In this document: piece after piece, positions 56,649 to 64,000 of the stretch
How positions within the stretch are numbered: the first letter of the stretch is position 1
Layout: each line of letters opens with the position of its first letter
Source of the DNA: Anthoceros angustus
Taxonomy: Eukaryota; Plantae; Anthocerotophyta
Direction: 5' to 3'
DNA: 64,000 bases
Assembly: GCA_010909165.1 (NCBI GenBank)
Contig: VJWM01000221.1
Coordinates: 124,001 to 188,000, forward strand
The notes under the pieces: generated by a model
Told to the model about the DNA's origin: nothing
Databases searched by the model: none
What the model saw: the letters and a program-made list of their open reading frames with translations, nothing else
Program-made: the position numbers and the translations under genes

Positions 56649-58811
56649 TCATCCGAGGACAAGAATTCGGGACGCCTCCAAGCGTAAACCACCGTTCACC
56701 CTCTGAAAGAAAGCCATGCAAATGACAAAAATGACAACCGAGCCTAGCATACAGGTTCCGACCACACCGTAGAAGTAGCTGTCGGGCGTTTCTGGCTCGA
56801 AAATTTTGAGGTCAAAATTCATCCCAAACACCCCTGTTACGGCAAAGACTACGCTGAATGGAAGGAGTACCGTGGTCAGCAGCACTTGGGTTTCCAGGAG
56901 CCAGTTCTGTCTATCATCTAGTAGGATTCGCATGAAGTTTTTCGTATCAGACACTGTCTCTGAAAGCTGCGGAGACAAACCGGTTGTATTATAATCAAAT
57001 ACTCAGTAAACGGTTATGCACCAGGCAACATCATCTGCATCCCAGATTGTCATGAGGTACAAGGAGTTGTCCACTCACAGTATGCAACCTGTTCAGGGTA
57101 GCGTAAATTTGCCGGAGGTGACACTCTAGAAGCATTTCAAGCTGCTCCACATTCCGAACCCTCCTCCCACTGCTTCTGCGGTACCATCGCATTTACACTG
57201 ATATCAAACAGGGTTTACTGTTGTGCCACGTGCCCAACTCAACTCAGTCGGATGTGCAACTGACCAGCACAGGGCACCCAAAAATCAGGACCAGGCCCTT
57301 CTTGGGGAGCACGAACCCTCACCTGCGTACTCCACCGTCGCCGGCAAGGTCACCTTTCTCGGTACTCTTAAAATGAGGGTCATGAATCTCTGACAAAGAA
57401 GGGCTGCCAGGATCCTCAGTGAGCTTCTCACTAAGATACATCTGCTCCATGTCCTCATCATCATTCAGCAACCTTTCAACTTGACACTGGACCTGCATCC
57501 AGCATCTTGCAAATTATAGCTGGAGATAAACTTGATAAGGCAAGTCATCAGGCAAAAGAGACTGTTATCCCTAACCCCATAATGAATTACCTGCTGGACA
57601 CGCGCTGAAACTCGGGAAATGGTCACCTTGATATGAAGTAAGCGTTTGAGACTGTGTGTGTTCACATCATGGACGCTGGTGATTTTTTCCAGAAGTGGCT
57701 GAAGCTCATCCTCCAGTTTCCTAGCCTGAGGAGTCCAGCTACAAGGCTGAGTACTGATCACATCCACAGAGCCGCACAGAGAATGAAAACGCGTCTACAT
57801 AACATTTTTGTATCTATGCATCACAAAAGGAACGCAGAAATTTTATAATGCTCCTTAACAAACGACAGGGAGAAGACGAGAGAATGAACCTCGTTGTCCA
57901 AACGACGACATGTTGAGTCCAAGCAAACTTCCAAGGCTTGAAATACAAACGTTTGCTCAACAAAGTCTACTTCCTGCGACGGGCTAGCGTCACTTGCTCT
58001 TCTTTCAAGAAACTGTTCTCCCCCAGCGCGCTGCAAATCAGGTGTAAGAAACTCTGGACTTCTCCCAAGAAAACTGCACTTCTCCCATCCAAACTGCAAA
58101 TCATACGTCGAGCTCTTTCACTTGCGAACATTGTCGGCAGCATAACTTCGCAGCAACTGAGCAAAGGGGAACACTCAAGTCACATCGGAGCGTCCGTTCT
58201 AGATCGCAAACGCATAACTCGTTGCCTGACTCACAAGAATCTAGTGATCCATCAGAACTTCCAGGAGCAGTCTAACCTGCTGAGAAGTTGCATCATCACA
58301 AGTTCGAAGCCGCCGTTGAAGCTCGGCAGCGAAGGACGCCACAGCAGGGTCTCTTGCATTGCGAAGCAGAACCTTGTTTGCTGTGATGCGAGCTCGGATA
58401 TGCTCCAAGAGAATCAGGATGGCTCGATCCCTGCCCAGAATGGCGGCCGAGTTGGACAAGGAACGATCCAGCAGACGCAAATCTGTCCTCGACAAATCAG
58501 TTACCCGCATGATCTCATGAGTTGCAACAACCTGCCAGCATCAGACCAGCTCGCGTCACTCTCTTGGGCACAATGTGAAAGGATGCAGCCCAGCTTCTTG
58601 AAGGTGTCCGCTGCTCCCACCACAAAATATATTGTTCGTGATAAGGGGAGGAGTTCACCTGAGAGCGGCCCTGGCCATCAATCAGCAACCACAAAGGATT
58701 GCCGGCATCCTTTTTGCGAGGCCGCAGCACAGGGACTCCCAGCTGCGCCTCCTCCTCATCAGCCATGCCATTGGACCAATGATACTCAACATTGCTTGGA
58801 GGCATCCCCAT
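56649..58811 (-). CDS. MRS2: MRS2/CorA-family magnesium transporter, about 7 exons
   Basis: WLLIDGQGRS; DLRLLD..ILGRDRAILILLEHIRA; FVFQALEVCLD; LLNDDEDMEQMYLS; VEQLEMLLE; two TM segments with the GMN motif (GVFGMNF). Confidence 0.93.
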
Positions 58812-59106
58812 CCACCATCGATCGGAATGAGACTCAACCTGCTACTCTCACAGTTGTTCCCGAGTCCAATTAGGGCGGAAGCCAAACAGTAGTTCGGCCG
58901 TTGGATTCCACGGACGCATGCATGCGGAAACGAGCAAACCCACCAAAACTACTCTCCAAAAAGGGTGAGCGGTGGACCAGTAACAGTGCACACATGCAAC
59001 GACGTGATGTATGTCAAGCACATCAATGACTCACACGCAAAAACCAAGCCAACCGCAACAGAACTTTTACAACAGGTACGTACATCAGGTGATGTTGCTG
59101 CACTAA

Positions 59107-59907
59107 CTAGGGTTCCTCCTCACTATCCATGCTCACAGCCTGCTCAAACTCGGAATCCATGAGAGCACCATCCACGACGTGGATCACATTGGAACCTCGG
59201 AATATGTCCGATACCAGGCATGACAGGTTGTTTGCTACAAGCCCACGTTGAGGATCGGAGGCCACATACACAATGTACCCGGAAATGGATTCCCACACGG
59301 TCTCACTGCCAGAAGGCGTCGCAGCTGCGAGGATCCTGCTGGGAATGGCGCTGAAAGCCAACAGCCTTGAAACGACTGCTCCCACTGCTTCCACTTTCGC
59401 ATCATCTGCTGCGGAGGACACCCGTTCCCCTGTTGCAGTTAGCCCGGAAGCTTGTGCAGAGTCCCTCAAGCTCTTGCGAGAACCCTTCACAGACACGGAA
59501 TCCTGCTCGGCAACTGCCAATATGGTCGAGTTGAACTGCGGGGGAGTGCGGCCATCCAAATCGGGATCCAACGCCGCCTGGATAGTGTACTTGAGGATCT
59601 GGGAGAGCGAGGCTTCCGAAGGGACGAAAACAGTAAACGGCAGCTCTCGGTTCAGCATCTCCACCATCATCGTCTGCCATTGTCCCAACCCAGGAGAGCC
59701 ATCGCCAAGCTTCTGGTGCACAACAGGCCTGACACCCGTCGCAAAGGGCCCGCCATCTTCGTAGGGCGAGACCCCGGACAGCAGCAAGAACGCCAGAGAC
59801 CCTACCAACAGCACCGCCAGCAACAAGGTCGTTCCCACGGACGCCGTGGACAGCATTCGGGACGCATTCCGCGGTCTCCTCGGCTGGATCGTCGTACCGT
59901 GATACAT
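59107..59907 (-). CDS. Single-FAS1 (fasciclin) domain protein with N-terminal signal/anchor
   Basis: Hydrophobic N-terminus; H1 motif FTVFVPS; H2 motif IHVVDGALM; single exon. Confidence 0.88.
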   Translation of the reverse strand: MYHGTTIQPRRPRNASRMLSTASVGTTLLLAVLLVGSLAFLLLSGVSPYEDGGPFATGVRPVVHQKLGDGSPGLGQWQTMMVEMLNRELPFTVFVPSEASLSQILKYTIQAALDPDLDGRTPPQFNSTILAVAEQDSVSVKGSRKSLRDSAQASGLTATGERVSSAADDAKVEAVGAVVSRLLAFSAIPSRILAAATPSGSETVWESISGYIVYVASDPQRGLVANNLSCLVSDIFRGSNVIHVVDGALMDSEFEQAVSMDSEEEP

Positions 59908-60094
59908 GCCACCGCTGCATCAAAGAACGGCAGCTCCTTTCCAACATCCACCAGCTCCGAATTGCGCACCATCTCAGCTCCTACCCCTATACCCTAACCT
60001 TACTCCGGCGCCATAGCTGCAAGATAACCTAAAACCGCGCCATGCTGCACCGCCACGATCGAGAGCGCAGCTGCGGAAGAGCAAGCTCGCAGCG

Positions 60095-60442
60095 TCACTT
60101 GCAGTAGCGATCAGCCTTCTTCTTCACCCGCTCGTCCAGCGCCGTCTCCCGAGACGTGAGATTCTCCGGCATTACGTACCCAAACCTCTTCGTCTCCACA
60201 GGAAACAGATCCTCGTACTTCTTACTCTTCTTGCCGTCGGGGGCATGCCCCGTGCCGGTGTCTATGGTGTCCGTCACCTCCGCCGCCTCTGCACCGGTAT
60301 TCTCTGCCACAACCGCTGCTGCATCCTGGACTTCCTTTTGTTTCCTCTTGGTGCTCTTCTTGCTGATCTTCTTAGCCGGTGCTAATCCACCCTTGAACAT
60401 TAGCTTCCCACCCCGCACCTTCTCATACGACCCCGACGACAT
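60095..60442 (-). CDS. Small basic protein carrying FRG1-like N- and C-terminal motifs
   Basis: YEKVRGGKLMFKG plus a Lys-rich NLS at the N-terminus; ends LDERVKKKADRYCK*. Confidence 0.8.
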   Translation of the reverse strand: MSSGSYEKVRGGKLMFKGGLAPAKKISKKSTKRKQKEVQDAAAVVAENTGAEAAEVTDTIDTGTGHAPDGKKSKKYEDLFPVETKRFGYVMPENLTSRETALDERVKKKADRYCK

Positions 60443-60726
60443 TGCGCAAGCCTTCCCGGTTTCAGTGCAAATCTTCTCCTCTTGTCATTAAAAGGATCCA
60501 AGCTGAAAACGAAGATCCTTAGCTCCTCTTGCAATTCAAAAGATCCAAACCGGAAAACGATGATCCTTGGCTCGGACAGAAAGTAGCTGAATGATCAACA
60601 GCAACAGCAATATCCTTAACTTGGCCAGCCTACCGCTGCCTTTCACACGCTTCCGAGCCAAGTTCCACCGAAACTCCTGTTCAGATAAGGTTTTGGCTGA
60701 GTTCGAATAGACTGTCTGTCGTGAAT

Positions 60727-60734
60727 TAGGGTTT
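60727..60734 (-). promoter_or_regulatory. Telo-box in the divergent promoter between the FRG1-like gene and EIF1AD
   Basis: tagggttt at 60727-60734; start codons at 60442 (-) and 61017 (+). Confidence 0.45.
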
Positions 60735-61016
60735 GGCTGGTGCCCAGATGCGCAAACGATGATGCTGTGTGCGGTGCTTGAGAGGAGGAAGGACGAGGAA
60801 TTTCAAGGAAGTAATGGCCGAGGCTCAACGATTTGGTGGTTCTGGAGAGGCCTTCGCCTTCGGCCATGTAATAGCAGATTTGGCCCTCGAATGGCATCTT
60901 CCTTGGCCCTCGCTGGCATAGTGTCTCTATATATGCAGTGGAAGAAAGAAGAAGTCCATTAGCAAGTCCTGGTCGAGGCAAAATCGAGACGTAATCGTGT
61001 ATCGAGGTTTGGAGAG

Positions 61017-61526
61017 ATGGGGAGAGGAAGGAAGAGCATGAAGCAGGAGTTGCTCCTGGGATGTCCGCAGCCAGGAAAGGGGCAGAAGGTGATGCGGGTG
61101 CTGGCGCTGCGGGGATCCAACGTGATCGAGGTGGAGGACAGCCAGGGCCTGACGACGCTGTGCAAGCTGCCGTCCAAGATGATCAAAGTGCTGTGGGTGA
61201 AGAGGGGCACGTTTGTGATCGTGGACGAGGGAGACCGGGAGATGCTGGAGGCCCAAGGCTCCAAAGTGACGGCCACCGTGGCGCAGGTGCTGTACGAGGA
61301 GCACCGGCGGGTTCTGGAGAAGACGGATTGGTGGCCTGCGGAGTTTAGGTCGAGTGCTCCGGCGCAGGAACAGCCGCAAGCGGCAGCAGCGCGTGCCGCG
61401 GCCGGCTCGGATCAGGATCAGGATGAAGAGGACGACGATGGCTTGCCTCCCTTGGAGATGAACAGCAACAGAGTGGAGCCTGTTTGGGACTACGTTGAGT
61501 CGGATAGTGACGAAGCAGAGGAGTAG
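61017..61526 (+). CDS. EIF1AD: eIF1A-domain (OB-fold) RNA-binding protein
   Basis: VLALRGSNVIEV...LCKLPSKMIKVLWVKRGTFVIV...KV.A.V..VLY...L....WPAEF, plus an acidic tail with PPLEMNSNR. Confidence 0.92.
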   Translation: MGRGRKSMKQELLLGCPQPGKGQKVMRVLALRGSNVIEVEDSQGLTTLCKLPSKMIKVLWVKRGTFVIVDEGDREMLEAQGSKVTATVAQVLYEEHRRVLEKTDWWPAEFRSSAPAQEQPQAAAARAAAGSDQDQDEEDDDGLPPLEMNSNRVEPVWDYVESDSDEAEE

Positions 61527-62893
61527 ACCTCTCTTGGACGTCGCCTTGCCATGGCCACCAATGCAGCTGGTCCGGAAGGAAGAGGAGTGCCCGCAGGCTA
61601 CAGCAAGCCGAATCGGAACCAGTTCCATGGTCTGAGTCCTGCGGTTGGAGCATGGGAATTCTGAGGTGGATGGGATAGGTGCAAAGCTAAAGCCTCTGTG
61701 TAGCTGAGAATACGACGGAAGCTTTGCATTCTCAAACTGCTGCCAAGAACGGAATGGTGAAGCCATCCGATCAGAGAACCTCGGTGAAGGATGTGCGTGT
61801 TTGTGTTTGTAGAATTGATCTGCTGGATTAGGGTCAGATCCGGCTGACATTGTGGGAGCCAAGAGTCCAGCTGTTGTCCTGGAGCACGCTTCCCAGGTTA
61901 CTTATGTCCGGCATTTTGCCCGTACCGACAGCACAGGTTGCTGGATGGCACCAGCAATGCGTTCATAAGCTTCGTAGGCTGGACTTCAGCCATAGAAGGA
62001 AGGGAAGCTCATGGTTACCATATGCCAGCTTACCTCCCAGTGTTTTCAGATGTAGGTAGTGTACCTATTGGCATTTCTGCAAGCGCAAAATCGATGGCAG
62101 GTCCGTCTCCGCTCTGACGGACAGAGAGCAACTTTGTGCGCTTGCTTGTGGAATTCGCTGTGTGGAAAACCATGACAATACACTTCGTTAATAAAGTGTT
62201 TAACATATCTCTGCGTAATGTGAAATTCGATGTGGGTTTAACTTACATTCTTAAATACAGAGTTTGAACTGGACTCCCGGGTTTGTTGGTTGGAATGGCG
62301 CGACTGACAATCATACATACAGTATGCGCAGCTCCCGAGTTGGCGCCCCCGCCATGCCTTCGCGTTTTTGAATGCACAGAGGCCCACCTCAGATCGGAGG
62401 TTGTCTCTGCTCGCGGAGCCCACACACTTTTGAAGGCTCGGTTGCGCGCTCCAGGCGCCTCAGGTTTGATTCTCTGCCTGTCCTTCTCTGCGGCTTCGAA
62501 ATGCTGCTTGCCGCTCCCTCTGTTGCGATGTTTCTCTCCTTGAGCCCTTGAGCTCAGCCCGGAGATACATGGCGGAGGCGTGAAGGTCCATTCCAGCTTC
62601 TGATGCTTGCGGCATTCTGCTGATTGATCGTGTTTTGCTCAAGGATGGAGATTGCTGCTTGCTTTCCCTGATCAGTCTGACATCCGTGACGAGGGCACGG
62701 GAATCTGAAATCGCGTCTGGCAGTTTAGAAATTTGGTCTAGGCAGATCCAGCGGGTGAGGCAGGAGTGCGCGTGCGGGTTGCGGATCGGGATTGTGGAAG
62801 GAATAAGGGGCCGGGAACGGGACCGGGGCGGGGCCGGGGTGGAGAGGAGTGTGGAGCATGATTGAGGTGTAGAGAGTCTCCTCTTGAGACAGA

Positions 62894-64000
62894 ATGAGGA
62901 AATCTGTGTTGATACAGGCTGGACGGCGGCACTTGGATCTGGAAAGAGTAGACCTGATTGACATTTGTCACGAGGATGACGATCTTCTGCTGGCTGGCGG
63001 GGGCGAGGAGGGCGGGAGTTATCCGCTGACTGAGAACCACGGGTCATCGTCTCCGCGCCGAGGCACGGAAGAGAAGGAGCCTTTCTCGTCCAGAAATATG
63101 AACGTCATCGAGGAGGGATTCGTTGTTGAAGGTCGCTGTCAGTCTTCGTTGCTCAGGGATTAGTATTTGGTGGTTGATTGAGGTGACGTGTGACTGATGG
63201 CTGCGCAACTGTCACCAGGCACGCTTTGTTTGTGTTTGAGAGGGGCTGTAGCAGTTGTTTGGAGTGGCTGATTCAGGATGTGTCTGTTGCTGCAGGAATC
63301 AATGTCAAGAACGGCCAGGAGGCCCTTGCTCGTAGCAAGAGCTTCCGGCAGTCGGAACCAGCCGGTGTTCCGTCCAGTTTGCCTGACACCGTGGAGGATG
63401 TGGCCGTGAAAAAGAAATTGAAAGGACGGACCAACCTGCGAAAGAGTTTAGCTTGGAACAAAGCATTTTTCACTGACGAAGGTGAGGTCGTGGTGTGCGT
63501 GTTTTCAGGATGTTTGGAAGAGGTTTTAGGAGATCTGGAGCTGAGCTGCTGGAAGTACTTGGTGCAGGGGTGCTGGATGTGGATGAGCTTCAAATCATGT
63601 CCAAGACTCCCAAGAAGCCTGTGCGGCTGCCGGTCATTGAGATCCCTGACCTACCAAAGCCTTCTGGAAGGGTGACATCCAGGGAGGCTGCTGATACGTT
63701 ACATTCTTCGGGGACTGTTGTGTTGGCTGCTGAGGCTTCAGCCCCTGCAACTGAGAAGTTGGATTTGGCTACAGAGGCCTCGGTTGTTGCACCTGGGAAA
63801 TTGATTAGTACTGGTGTGGCTGTGGAAAGCTCTGAAAAGCTGGAAGTCGCCCATTCTACTAGCTCTTTGAATACCTCTCTCAGGGACGTCATGCCTGAAG
63901 GCTCGAAAGTGCCACCGAGGAGTACGGCGACGAGGAGTGCGGCTTCAAGCATTGGTGGTGGGAAGCCGAGTTCGTCAAGTCTGCAGGGTAACAGTAGTAA
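62894..64000 (+). CDS. Plant microtubule plus-end protein-like gene (GPT1/GPT2-type), 5' part, runs off the window
   Basis: DLIDICHEDDDLL near the N-terminus; NLRKSLAWNKAFFTDEG|GVLDVDEL across an intron; followed by Ser/Ala-rich sequence. The start codon is uncertain. Confidence 0.65.

Noticed and set aside
57938-58873. 311-aa plus-strand ORF
   Set aside because: Antisense to MRS2 exons and introns; no motifs.

Overview
Eukaryotic land-plant nuclear DNA with short introns, tightly packed genes and GC-rich exons. This is consistent with a compact non-seed-plant genome such as a hornwort or lycophyte, but that assignment is inference. Spliced host genes were reconstructed by hand: LPAT1 (5' part), plastid ObgC, ZNRD2/SSSCA1, an 18-exon HAP2/GCS1-family fusogen gene that the ORF track does not show, UPL3 HECT ligase, a GDSL lipase plus several pseudo-copies, a Glu/Lys-rich multi-pass membrane protein, pTAC7, the P5A ATPase PDR2, an AG-peptide, an MRS2 Mg transporter, a FAS1 protein, a mini FRG1-like protein, EIF1AD and a GPT1/2-like gene running off the end. 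An accessory block at about 23.5-36.7 kb holds a Gypsy-like integrase-tail/PHD remnant, CRE-clade (restriction-like endonuclease) non-LTR retrotransposons, gene fragments and a 1.67-kb tandem duplication. Top leads: (1) a divergent HAP2 whose fusion loop has no bulky hydrophobic residues and whose motifs look alga-like; (2) three divergent CRE-like retroelements that share 3'-terminal hairpins, one apparently full length with a 14-bp target-site duplication. Several frameshifts in conserved genes look like long-read assembly errors. Family assignments come from motifs recalled from memory; no database searches were run.
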